Shown here in pieces: positions 23,133-36,154 of a stretch of DNA of 64,000 nt. The notes under the pieces are model-generated. The model did no database searches. It saw only the letters and a program-made list of their open reading frames with translations, and had not been told where the DNA came from. This DNA comes from Zancudomyces culisetae HAW-14-8 (Eukaryota; Fungi; Kickxellomycota): NCBI GenBank assembly GCA_052426225.1, contig JBNJNM010000010.1, positions 682,001 to 746,000 on the forward strand. Reading direction: 5' to 3'. Numbering within the stretch: the stretch's first letter is position 1; every line of letters starts with the position of its first letter. The translations under genes and the position numbers were made by a program.

Positions 23133-23143
23133 ACATGAAGACA

Positions 23144-23830
23144 TGTTGTATGCTTAGTTCTACCCAAGCTAAACTATTGGGTGAACAGCACACAGCTTCT
23201 CAAACACCGAATAACCACCGTTATCTCGGGTGTTCGAGCAAGAAATCTGAGATTTCTTGGGTAATAATTACCCAAATGTTGGAGAAATATTCGGTTTTAA
23301 TTGTTTTATTATAAGTTTTTACTATATAAAGTTCTAATAAAATAGCTAGTCAGGTACTAGTTTATTACTAGTAACCCCACCACAGTTTGGTGGTTTTATT
23401 TTTTTATTTTTAAAAGTTATTCATTAAATAAAATATAAATTAGCTCTAAAATACCTGATTTTACTCTATAAAATTGAAATTTCTAATTTGAACAAAAACC
23501 GACGTAAAACCAAAAAAAAAACATAGGTAGTGAAGCGTAACACAATTTTCAAAGGGTATCAGAAAGATATCAGAGTCTAATTATTGGACCAAAATTAATC
23601 GTTTTGCACACCAAATTTTAGGAGTTGGGCGTAATTTTACCCAGTTTTATCGCATTTATTGAAGTAATAAATACATAAAACTAAATTAAATAAAAGCTAT
23701 AAGGTAGAAACGACTGGATAAAATAAAGTATAACTTTCTCCAGTAACGTTTCCCCTCTATTAGCAGATCTTTTTGTAGGTTTAGTTGCGGAAATTTCCTG
23801 AGAAATTTTGTGGAATCTAAAATTACAACA
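23144..23830. mobile_element. Solo LTR (687 bp)
   Basis: Perfect 7-bp terminal inverted repeat TGTTGTA/TACAACA; left flank GACA, right flank GAC cut by the next insertion. Confidence 0.75.
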
Positions 23831-23833
23831 GAC

Positions 23834-26800
23834 TGTTTTATAGTGGCGTAGATCACCTCTAACCACGATATAATCGGCACTCCAATTAGGTTTGTTTATT
23901 TATATTATTTATATTATTTATATTATTTATATTATTATATTGTAGGTCAAAATATATGTTCTGCTAAAGTTTATAATCAGTTTATTTAACATTACAAGGT
24001 TCTAGTTTAGTTTTTTTGATCTTCGGGTTTTTTCTAGATTAGAATTAATAACAAAAAAATAGGTTTAAATTATTAAATAGTTTTATAGTAGTTTATTAAG
24101 TATTAGTTAGTTTTTAAGTTATAAATACTTGAAGTTTTTCAGTAAGTCGAAAGATATCAATAAATTCAGTTTTGATCTATTTACTAGAAGTCTATAACTT
24201 ATATATATTTTAAACTTGAATAAATATAGTTAAATACATATTTAGTTATCAAAGTAAATAACAGTTTTGAATTAAGCGAGGTTAAAGAACCAACTCGCTA
24301 ACAGTGGCGTCGGCGACAGGATATCTAATTTAAATATTTATTAAATCCTATATCAAAATTAAGTATAATGAATGCACCTAAAACTTTTCATGCAGGTTGT
24401 TACTCAGACCCTGAAGATTGGATTGAAGAATTACGATTTGTTGCAAAGCTTAACAAATGGGGTCAAGATGACTGGGTGGATTTTGTAAAACTTTATTTAG
24501 GTAACAATGAAAAAGTATGGTACAAGAAGAATAAGTCTACATTCACCAGTTGGGAGAACTTTGTGGAAGAATTTGTTAAGAAGTTTGCAGTAGTAAAGTC
24601 TAAATCACAGATCTGGGGAAGATTACGTACAATAAAGCAGGATGAGTTTGATACAGTGGAAGAGCTTGAACTTGAATTGACAAGTTTACTAGATAGTGCC
24701 AAAGTTACAGAAGTGGCTGTAAGAACTGATTGGTTACTGAGTACACTTTGCCCTGAAAGTCTAAAAGTAGTTGAAAATGAAAACATCTCGAGTTGGTCAG
24801 AAATTATAACAAGACTGATAAAAGAGGAAGTTCGTAGCACAAGTTTTAACAAGGGAGAATATAAAGAGTCTCAAGCAAAACCTAAAGAATATAACCGCAA
24901 CGCGGCCAGTAAATCTGGTAAAAATGTAAAGGAATTAGTGAAAGACCAGAAACCTTTAGGTCAATTTATGAAAATGTTTAATGAGTTAAGTGTCAACTTA
25001 CTTAATAAAGTTGACGAAGTGGTTGATAAAAAAATTAAAGAAGCTGAGAGAAACAGACCACGATTTATGGGACCAAGAAAAGTAGTTTGTTACAATTGCC
25101 AAAAGGATGGACATACTAGGAATGAGTGCCCTGAGTTGATTAAGTTTACTAAGGAAGAACCAATTAAGGTTGAATCGGAAAAATCTGTTAATTATATTCA
25201 AATTGCGGATGAATCCGACCTTATTGAGTAGGATATCTTTTCGGTTGAAATAAGAAAAAATAGTCCAGAAAATTATGAGAGGGTAAGAAAACCTGGAATA
25301 CCTCGAATTCAGGAAACGCATCTCCAGCAAAACCAAAATACTGATAAATCTACTTCGTCACCATCAGTTGTAGAAAATTCGGAAAATATTATGTCAAAGT
25401 CAGATAATAATAATACTTTTTCTATTATAAAAGAACTTGAAAAAGTCTCATTAAAAGTTAATGTATTGCAACTTTTGAATAATTCTGCTTCTATGAAAGA
25501 AGAGATGGTTGAGTACATTAATAATAAAAGAATTTCTGAAGTTAATGAATTTGAAGTAGAGGCAAAAAAGCTATCTAACTGTAAAGCTTTAGTGAAAGTA
25601 TTTGGTCAGAGTATTTGGGCGGTCGTAGACACTGGAGATGCGTGCTCAGTAGTGACTTCAAATTTAGTTGAAGAATGGGGGTTAAGCCCAGATAGCTATT
25701 CAAAACAAGTTATTGTAACCGCAGACGGAAAACGTCATACTACTCTAGGAAAAGTCAGTGATGTACCACTAAAAGTATCTTCTTTTATGTTCCCGGTTAA
25801 CTTGTGGGTAATGGACCGGAACGAAGATATTTTAATCCTTGGAACTGACTGGTTGTTAGAACATCGCGTATCATTAAATCTACGTATCCCAGAGTTAAGA
25901 CTACCTATTGAAAACGCTGAGATAACCACCAAACTAGCGATGTTTACTTATAATACAGCACATAAGGAAGAACAAGAACTTTATTTGCTATGCAAAGAGG
26001 AAACGGTATCTAAGATAGAAGCTAATCCTGAAGAATTTAAAGAAGTGTTAAACGAGTTTAAAGATATATTTGTTGATGATATTTCTGAACTCCAACAAAC
26101 AGATGTTATGGAACATAGGATAGATTTAATTGATGAAACCCCAATTAAACTAAGACCGTATAGGATGCCTCAAAAAACTCAAGAAAAAGTGAGAAAAGAA
26201 CTCGAAGAAATGGAAAAAAGAGGTGTGATTGAACCATGTATCTCCGAATGGTGTTCTCCAGTAGTCGTTGTCTTAAAAAAAAATGGTAAGCTTCGTGTAT
26301 GCGCGGATTATCGAAAGTTGAATTCGGTAACTCGTAAAGACGCCTATCCTTTACCTGTCATCGATGACCTGTTTATGGCATTAGCCGGAGCAACTATATT
26401 TACGTCATTAGACGCGTTAAGCGGCTTTTGGCAAATTAAGATGAGAGAAAGTGATAAGTGTAAGACAGCATTCGCTATACCTGGTGGTGGTAGTTTCCAG
26501 TACAACGTAATGCCATTCGGACTGACAAACAGTCCTGCTACTTTTCAAAGGGCTATGGAAGTGGTACTGAAAGACGTGTTGTGGAAAAATACAGTTGTTT
26601 TTGTTGACGACATCATTATTTATTCAAAAAGTGTAGAACAGCACAAAAATGATCTAAAGGAAGTATTTACACTACTCAGGAAAAATGGGATCCAATTGCA
26701 TAAAGAAAAATGTGTGGTAGGTCAATTAGAACTCGAGTATCTCGGTCATACGATTTCGAAAAACGGTATCGGTACCAGTCCGTCTAAGATCGAATCTATT

Positions 26801-29211
26801 AAGAAAATTATACCACCTAACAATGTTAAAGAACTTCAATCCATTTTAGGCTTGACGGGTTATTATAGGAAGTATATAAACGGATATTCCAACATAGCAG
26901 GACCACTTACTAAGTTATTGAAAAAGGATAGCACCTGGAGTTGGGGAGAAGAACAAAATCAAGCTTTGGAAGAACTAAAGTCGAAACTAGTCACAGCACC
27001 TGTTCTTGGATTTCCTGTCTGGGAAGAAATATTTATAATTACAACTGATGCATCTGTTGCTGGCATCGGAGCAGTACTTTCACAGACAATTAATGGAGCT
27101 GAAAGAGTAATTGAGTACGCTAGTCGTACTACGAACAAAGCTGAGAAGAACTATTCGATTAGCCATTTAGAAGCGTTAGCCGTGGTATGGGCTGTAAGGA
27201 AATATAAATACTATGTATGGGGACGGAAGTTTATCATCCGCACCGATCACAAGTCTTTACTTAATATATTTAATGGTTCTGAAATCTCAGGTAGGATTGC
27301 TAGATGGGCAATGATACTGAGAAGTTATGATTATATAATTGAACACCTACCGGGTAAAAATAATCCTGCAGATGGACTTTCAAGAAACCCTAATATTTCG
27401 CAAAGTGATAAACAGTTAGAAATATACGCTATGGATCTACTCGATTATTCGGACGTCGTAACTTACCTCTCAAAGATGGAATACCCAGATGGAGCAACAG
27501 ATAAAGAAAGAGAAAAAATACGAAACAGGTCGAGACAGTTCCGTCTTTTAGGTGATAAATTATATAAAAGGGTAAAAAATGAATTAAAAGAAGTACTAAA
27601 TGAAAAAAATTTTAAGGATGTTATTTTACGAATACATAACGAGGGCCATGATGGAATCGAAAATACCTGGACTGAGTTTCAAATAAATATACAGGAAAAA
27701 ATTTATATAAAGAAGTAGTAGAAATTGTAAAATCCTGCCATATTTGTCAATTATACAATGGAGGAAAATCTAAACGAAACAATTTAGTTCCAATAATAAC
27801 TTCAAAGCCATTTCAAATTATTGGAATTGATGCTATTGGGCCAATTGCACCAATTTCTAAAAGTGGAAATCGTTATATTTTATCTGCAATTGATTATTTT
27901 ACAAAATGGCCAATCGCGGTGCCGGTACCAAATTTATTAAGCGAAACAATAATAAATTTTACAATTAACGATATTATTGCACCATATGGGGTCATCAACA
28001 AATAATAAGTGATAGAGGTTCGAGTTTCATTTCAGAAAGTATCACAAAAGTTTTTGAGTGGTTAGGATTGGACCATAGACCAACTACCGCTTATCGACCT
28101 CAAAGCAATGGTCAAGTAGAACGATTTAATAGGACGCTAATGGAAATTTTAGTTAAACAATGCAAAAATGATAAAGAAAATTGGGATTCGTTTATTTGGA
28201 GAAGTTTACTGGTGGTAAGAACAATGAAAAATAAGTCTACAAAATTTACACCATCAGAGCTATTATATGGTGTAAATGTAAGTTTGCCTAGTACTTGGGT
28301 GTATAATGGAGATATAGAAAATATACAAGATAACATACTTAGTAGGATAAAAAGTTTTAAAGTAGATTTACCGGAACTAAAAACACTAGCTTATAGAAAT
28401 TCAGTAATTGCTAAAAAGGCAATGGAAATTAGGTATAATCGAGATGTCAAAATTTACAAATTCAAAATCGGTGATTACGTTTTGAAACGAGTCGAAATCG
28501 AAAAGTCAAAACTAGAAAGTTATTGGGAAGGGCCCTACCAAGTCGAAAGAGTGCTCGCTAAAGGCGCATATATCATTAACGATAATCATGGGAGTCGAGA
28601 TTTGGTAAATGGCGATCTTCTAAAAATGTATAATGCAAGTAACAACATGATCCCCGAAATAACGACAAGACTTGAAACCACTCTTAAAAGATTTAAACAT
28701 CGAGACGTGATGTGGGCATCCACGCTTAAAGGGGAGGGTACTGTTATATAGTGGCGTAGATCACCTCTAACCACGATATAATCGGCACTCCAATTAGGTT
28801 TGTTTATTTATATTATTTATATTATTTATATTATTTATATTATTATATTGTAGGTCAAAATATATGTTCTGCTAAAGTTTATAATTAGTTTATTTAACAT
28901 TACAAGGTTCTAGTTTAGTTTTTTTGATCTTCGGGTTTTTTCTAGATTAGAATTAATAACAAAAAAATAGGTTTAAATTATTAAATAGTTTTATAGTAGT
29001 TTATTAAGTATTAGTTAGTTTTTAAGTTATAAATACTTGAAGTTTTTCAGTAAGTCGAAAGATATCAATAAATTCAGTTTTGATCTATTTACTAGAAGTC
29101 TATAACTTATATATATTTTAAACTTGAATAAATATAGTTAAATACATATTTAGTTATCAAAGTAAATAACAGTTTTGAATTAAGCGAGGTTAAAGAACCA
29201 ACTCGCTAACA
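23834..29211 (+). mobile_element. Near-full-length Ty3/Gypsy element; LTRs 23834-24303 and 28742-29211 (470 bp, 2 differences seen)
   Basis: PBS TGGCGTCGGCGACAGGAT (24305-24322, probably tRNA-Ser); PPT AAAGGGGAGGG; gag-PR-RT-RH-IN. Confidence 0.96.
24368..28751 (+). pseudogene. Single-frame gag-pol with in-frame TAG (25229) and two frameshifts in the integrase
   Basis: CYNCQKDGHTRNEC; VVDTGDACS (protease motif altered relative to DTGAACS in the other elements); FVDDIII; TTDASVAGIG; RPQSNGQVERFN; WEGPY. Confidence 0.92.
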
Positions 29212-29216
29212 AAGCA

Positions 29217-29481
29217 TGTTGTATGCAAAATAGAATGTTTGCATACTATTGGTTAATTTTATAGTTAGTAATTTTATAAGTTTTTCTAGTAAAATTTAGT
29301 ATTTAAGAAGTTATTATTTTGAATCTTAAATAAATTGTCAAATTTTGACTCATATAAATGTTCCGGTTCCATTTATATGTATGACTAGAAAGTGGTAACT
29401 AGTTAAAAATGTTAAACCCAGTCTAGTGATACCACCCCTCTGGTAGAACCAGTTAGAATTCATAATAAATTGAATCTAACA
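29217..29481. mobile_element. Solo LTR (265 bp)
   Basis: TGTTG...CTAACA; left flank AGCA, right flank AG cut by the next insertion. Confidence 0.78.
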
Positions 29482-29483
29482 AG

Positions 29484-30105
29484 TGTCGCAATATGGGATC
29501 TGGGGGTTACACAATTGCTCTGTAACCTTATCCCCATTTGCGCAGAATGGGGTGACACACACCCCTTTGGAGGTGTAGGGGAAAGTCTGATCCCCGACGG
29601 ACTCCCTAGGCTGCTACGGATCTGTATCTGACGCACGCTAGTGGTCAGATTTTTCAAGGTCTGGGGACTTAATACCCCAGCATCCTGATCCATGCTGCTG
29701 CCAGTACTTCTTCCGGAAGATGATGAAGTGGTACTTATTGCCATCTCCTCATCTTCATACCCATTTGAGTAGTACATTTTCGTAGTTTTGATATAATTTT
29801 TTATTATTAACTAGATTTTTATTTATACGTCCGTATATTAAGACATGGATGACGCATTCAAATTCATCCTATGTCTTTTATTTATATAAACTAACTCTTT
29901 ATAAATAATCACTAAACTATCATCCATAAAAAACAATATTACTATATTAATGTTTGCGTTGAAACGTTGATGTATGAATGTGTTGTTAACAATCATTCAT
30001 ACATATCTCAACGTTTCTTGAATGAACAATGTAATTGTTCAGCAACGTGTAATCTGATCCAATACACGTTGCTATGCCGTGATACCCGGATCTAGTATCT
30101 CGACA
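29484..30105 (-). mobile_element. Solo LTR (622 bp) carrying a Ser-rich ORF (ATG 29777) homologous to the one in 22076/41894
   Basis: TGTCG...CGACA; peptide GSSMDQDAGVLSPQTL; left flank CAAG, right flank CA cut by the next insertion. Confidence 0.82.
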
Positions 30106-30107
30106 CA

Positions 30108-30361
30108 TGTTGTATGCCTACAATAGGCGAAACATTTCCATTGGTTAATTGTGTTTTGTAATTTTTAGTTAGATTTTTTGTAGATTTTATTGTATAAAAT
30201 TGAAATTTTTGTTTAACTAAATAAATGTCCTCTTTTGCTAAATCCAAAATACTGTATAATAATTCGCAGCATATAGTAAAAGGTAAGTAAAATGACCCGT
30301 CCCGTGTGTTATTTGGTGTAAAAAACACTAAATGGGACGTTAAACATGGCAACACACAACA
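30108..30361. mobile_element. Solo LTR (254 bp)
   Basis: TGTTGT...ACAACA termini; 3' end like 21846-22068; left flank CACA, right flank CAC cut by the next insertion. Confidence 0.78.
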
Positions 30362-30364
30362 CAC

Positions 30365-33300
30365 TGTCGCATCAAAGATCGACAGATGGGCGTCTCACTC
30401 GGGTTATAGCGAGTGAGATGTGATGATTTACCTAGTGCTTTTCACCTATGAGGTTTTTCACTATGCGTAAATCATCATTTCCCAAATATTAATTAATTTC
30501 GGATGGTTTTTATATTATTCATATGTATTTAATATATTAGTATATACGAGGAAAATGCATTTAAGCACTGCTTTTTCTCTTCTATGTTTTTAGCATCATA
30601 TTTTCGGATTAGTATTTAGTATACACTTTATTATAATAAAACAATATTAACAAAAGAACTAAGGTCCTACCGCTTACTGGTAGTAAATAAACATAATACT
30701 AGTGAAAGCAGTAAAGTCGGATAAGACCGACAAACGGAAAATAAATTCCGACAGTGGGGGCTTGACCGGGGACAGCCAAAAACATCTTAATAAAGAAAAT
30801 AAAAATACAAAAAATAATAATAAAGTATTAATTAACCAGCACACAGTTGTCGAAAGTATTACCAATACTAAGACACTACGAGAATTTGTCAATTCTAAGA
30901 GACCAGAAATCATGCAGTTACCAAAATTTGATTCCAAATCCATGATGGATGCTACAGAATGGATTGAAGACTACGAGTTATTAGCATCGTACAACAGGTG
31001 GAGTGATACAGAGAAAGTGGAGTTTATGCGCATTTACTTAGGAACCAAGGAGACCATTTGGTTTAGGAAGTACAAAGGAAAATTTAATAACTGGGAAACC
31101 ACTAAGACAATGTTTACAAACAAGTTCAAAGAAGAGGACAGCAAGTATGCAGTGTGGGAGAAACTCAACGGAATGAAGTTAGACGAATACCAGGACATGG
31201 ATGAGTTTGAATGGGAGTTAGAGGAGTTATTTGAGAGGGCAGGAATTAAGGATGATGACTACAAACTTAATTGTTTTGTAAGAACAATTAACACATCACT
31301 GAGAACCCAAATAAACAGTACCAATCCCAAAACATGGGAAGAGGCTTTTGTTCTGATTAAAAACCTTTTAACTACAAAACAAGTGAACAAAGTTGTCGAT
31401 AAGGACAGTACACAAAGATATACTGGAATTTCAGTAGGGCCAGTTATGGTGAAGACGCAAATAAAAGAAGAATTGGAAATCAAGATTGAGGACAGGTTGC
31501 TAGGCAGGTTGGAGAAATTATTTGCAGCACAGCGTGCAGATATTAATGCAGACGTAGATAAATTAATCGAGTGTAGGTTCAAGGAGCGAGATGAACGTGA
31601 TAGGAGACAAGGACAGTATAACAAGATTGTGTGTGAATCTTGCGGAATACGAGGGCATAATAAATATGAGTGCAGAAGAAGAAATGGTGGTACAAACAAC
31701 CGCGAGGACCAAAAGGTAACTAACCCAAATGTGAATATAGTGGAGTTAGTAGAAGAAGCGGGGAACGTTGATGAAGAAGTTTTTGCACTTGAGAAACGCC
31801 GCAGAGAGAGTGAAAGTTCACAGAGGGAAAGCGGAAAACGTAGTAAAAATAATAACCAAGAAGGACAAGTTTCATTGCAAAATATTGAACCCAGTGATCC
31901 AATAAACTTACTTGCAGATACTAATAACAACACAAATATTAGAGCAGCTAGTAAAAACGAGTTTTCACTGGCCGAAGAGTTGAAAAAAATGCAGATCAAA
32001 ATATCCTTACCTCAACTTTTGGATATTTCTCCAGCAATGTGCGACGAGTTTTACACGTTTGGAATTTCAGCAAGGCGGCCCGACGTTAACGAGTTAGTCG
32101 TTGACAGCATGCAAAGCACCAACTGTAAGGTTAAAGTAACTATTTTTGGAGTAGTAGCGGCTGCCGTAATCGATACAGGAGCTGCATGCTCGATAATAAC
32201 TTTAAAATTATTAAATAAATGTGGAATTGAGGCGGACAAGAAAAGTACTCAGTCTATAATCACAGCAGACGGCAATCGCCATCCGGTACTGGGTATTGTA
32301 CATGACGTACCTATAAAAATATCAGATACAACTTTTCCAATAAACTTACTGATTATCAACCGTGATGACGATGCGCTTATTTTAGGGACCGATTGGCTCG
32401 TAAAATATAAAGTAAAAATTGATCTTTCAGTTCCAAAGTTAATACTACCTCTGGAAAATTCGGATATCCACATAATGCTTAATCTTTTTATGCCAGTCGA
32501 ATTAAGTAATCACAAAGAAACGGAGGTCTATTTTTTATTAAAAGAATGTCAAAGTGAATCAGATGAAGACATTATTTTAAAAAATATGTATACAGATCTT
32601 TTGGAAGAATATAAAGATATTTTTGTAAGTGATCTGCAAGAGCTAACACAAACAACAGTAGCCGAACATATAATTACATTAACTGATAATAATCCAATCA
32701 AGCTCCGACCTTATAGAATACCCAAAACATTGCAAGAGGAAGTTAAAAAGGAACTTAAGCTCATGGAAGAAAAAAAAATCATATCACCATCGCAATCGGA
32801 TTGGTGTTCTCCACTGGTGGTGGTGTAGAAGAAAAACGGGAAGATGAGGATCTGTACAGACTACAGACGTCTTAATGCTATAACCAAGAAAGACGCATAC
32901 CCTCTCCCATCGGTGGAAGACCTATTCATGGCGTTGTCAGGTGCTAGAATATTTAGCACACTTGACGCCATGAGTGGGTTTTGGCAGATCAAATTAAGAG
33001 AACAGGATAAAGAGAAGACAGCGTTCTCCATTCCAGGACACGGAAGCTTCCATTATAACGTCATGCCGTTTGGCTTAACCAACAGCCCGGCAACGTTTCA
33101 AAGGACCATGGAGAAGGTCCTGTCCCCAGTTTTGTGGAAGTCAGCAATAGTTTTTGTAGATGATGTAGTTGTGTTTTCTGACTCTCCAGAACAGCACAAA
33201 GAAGATCTTAGGACAGTATTTAACCTATTTAAAACGCAAAAAATCCAACTGCATAGAGACAAGTGTCATATTGGAAGAAGGGAAATCGAGTATTTAGGTC

Positions 33301-35685
33301 ACCACATTAGTGACAAGGGAATTTCAACCAGTAAAAGTAAAGTTGAATCAATAAGTAAAATAATAGCACCAACTAATGTTAAAGAATTACAATCAGTATT
33401 GGGATTATTAGGTTACTACCGTAAATTTGTAAACAACTTTGCGAGCATCGCTAAACCACTTACAACATTATTAAGAAAAAATACAGCATGGAGTTGGGAC
33501 AATGAGAAACAAGAGTCACTAAATATTTTGAAGCAGGCATTGATGGAAGCACCTGTTCTAATACATCCGGACTGGACAAAGCCATTTGTCATAACCACAG
33601 ACGCAAGCAAAAACGGTATAGGCGCAATTTTATCACAAATGACTGCAACTGGTGAGAGACCAATCGAATATATCAGCAGAACCACAAACGTTCACGAACA
33701 GAATTATTCCATCTCACACCTCGAAGGACTTGCAGTGGTGTGGGCTGTGACAAAATTTAAGTACTACATTTGGGGAACCAGGTTTACAATACGAACCGAT
33801 CACAAATCACTTATGCAACTATTCAACAGCGCAGAAATCACAGGTAGGCTGGCCCGGTGGGCCATGATTTTGCGTAACTATGATTACGACTTGGAACACA
33901 TAGCGGGTAGCACAAACCCAGCGGATATCTTATCACGTAATCCTTTAACCGTAGCAAACGAGGAACCCTTAGAAGTTTATTCAATTGATTTGGCATGGTA
34001 CGAAGCAATTAAACATTTTATCAGCACCTCAGAGTATCCACACAATGCAACACCGGAAATCAGGAATAAAGTAAGGAATAGAGCCAAACAAGTTTTAGTC
34101 AAAGGAGGGAAGCTTTATAAGAAAGTTGGACAACAGTACAAAGAATTATTACATGAAGTTAATGTTGAGTTAGAGGTGAGGAAAATACATGACGAATGTC
34201 ATGAGGGCATTAGAAGTACACTGAGAAGAGTTACCGAAAAATACTGTGGAAGAGGGTTATTCAAAGTTGTTGAGAAGGTAGTAAAAACATGTAATACATG
34301 TCAGTTTTATGATGGAAGAAAATCTAGAAAACATGAATTGGAACCGATTATAAGCTCAAGACCATTCGAAATTTTCGGCATAGACGCCGTGGGTCCTATT
34401 TCACCTGTAACAGAAAGTGGCAATAGGTACATTTTGACTGCAATAGATTATTGCACAAAATGGCCTGTAGCGGCAGCAGTCTTTAACATCACCAGTGAAA
34501 CAATTATCAGCTTCATCATGAACCATATTATTCAGCATTATGGCATTCCGCAGCAGATAATAACCGATCGAGGCTCCGGCTTCGTAAGTGAGGCTACCAC
34601 TAATGTATTCAATTGGTTAGGAGTTGAACACACTCCGAGTACCTCCTACCGACCGCAAAGTAACGGCCAGGTAGAGAGGTTAAACCAGACACTTAAGAAT
34701 ACTTTACGGAAACAATGTAGGACTGACATGAAAAATTGGGATCTTTTTCTTTGGAAATCATTATTGATAATAAGAACATTGGTATCCAAATCGACTAAAT
34801 ATAGTCCAGCACAGTTACTATATGGAATTCAACCACAGTTATCAACAACATGGAAATATAATGGCGAGATAGAGAACGAAGAAGAGCTAGTCAATTCTCG
34901 TATTTTAGCCATAAAAGACCAATTACCCGAACTTAGAAAATTAGCTCACCAGCATAACCTAGTAGCAAAAAAGCGTGATGAAAAAAGCTATAATAAGAGA
35001 GTAAAGATATTTAAATTTAATATTGGTAATACTGTACTTAGGTTAGTAGAAGGAGATAAGTTAAAGCTAGGCAAAACATGGGAAGGACCATACCAAATTA
35101 CTAGGGAGTTAAACAAAGGGGTTTATGTAATTACTGATAACACAGGAAGGAGAGAACTGTGTAATGGAGACAGCCTGAAACTGTACCGCGAATCCGAGCA
35201 CATGATTCCAGATGTAGGCCCACGACTGCAAACTCGACTTAGGAGATTCAAACAAATTCGCGACCCTTCAATTCGCGCTTAAAGGGGGGGGAGAACTGTC
35301 GCATCAAAGATCGACAGATGGGCGTCTCACTCGGGTTATAGCGAGTGAGATGTGATGATTTACCTAGTGCTTTTCACCTATGAGGTTTTTCACTATGCGT
35401 AAATCATCATTTCCCAAATATTAATTAATTTCGGATGGTTTTTATATTATTCATATGTATTTAACATATTAGTATATACGAGGAAAATGCATTTAAGCAC
35501 TGCTTTTTCTCTTCTATGTTTTTAGCATCTTATTTTTGGATTAGTATTTAGTATACACTTTATTATAATAAAACAATATTAACAAAAGAACTAAGGTCCT
35601 ACCGCTTACTGGTAGTAAATAAACATAATACTAGTGAAAGCAGTAAAGTCGGATAAGACCGACAAATGGAAAATAAATTCCGACA
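30365..35685 (+). mobile_element. Near-full-length Ty3/Gypsy element; LTRs 30365-30753 and 35297-35685 (389 bp, 4 differences seen); TSD ACAC
   Basis: PBS TGGGGGCTTGACCGGG (from 30755, tRNA-Pro); PPT AAAGGGGGGGGAGAA; ACAC at 30361-30364 and 35686-35689. Confidence 0.97.
30912..35282 (+). pseudogene. Single-frame gag-pol with one in-frame TAG (32826, TGG in relatives)
   Basis: CESCGIRGHNKYEC; VIDTGAACS; FVDDVVV; TTDASKNGIG; integrase HHCC and DDE core; WEGPY. Confidence 0.93.
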
Positions 35686-35689
35686 ACAC

Positions 35690-36150
35690 TGTTATATAGT
35701 GGCTAGAGCTACCTCTAGTCATTATATAATTTTAACTTACCAGTTATTCATATACTCTTATATTAATATTTAGGTTTATCATTTAATATAAGATATTATT
35801 TATTATAGGTTATTTATTATATTATGTGCTGCCTAGTTTTTTTATCCTTCTGGATTTTTTCTACAGCAACACTCTAGTTCAAATTAAATATATTTTATAG
35901 GATTTTTATTTAATTAGTATAAAATTATTTCAGAATATTGTAATAGTCATTTTTAAAATGTATAAATATGGCTAGATATTCATTTAGTATTACATTATCA
36001 AATAAATATAGTTTATTTAAGTTTGGTCTATATATTTTAGCATAGTTACTATAATAAAAATAATTTTAAACATAGTACTTAGTATAGTATATCTATCAAA
36101 ATAAATATATAATAATCAATATAGCGAAGTAAACCTGTGTTTTGCTAACA
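35690..36150 (+). mobile_element. Solo LTR (461 bp), family of 21013/23834
   Basis: tgttatatagtgg..acctctag..tatata start and gctaaca end shared with those LTRs; flanks ACAC/AAAG. Confidence 0.88.
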
Positions 36151-36154
36151 AAAG

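Noticed and set aside
22846-23143. TSDs for solo LTR 22860-23132 and the spacers CACGACAGCAGGGG and ACATGAAGACA
   Set aside because: Could not be fitted into the TSD chain; left unexplained.
31259-31999. Antisense ORFs over gag/pol, SEC24 and acyl-CoA oxidase (e.g. 246 aa here, 204 aa at 43064)
   Set aside because: Shadow frames of real coding sequence with no recognisable motifs.
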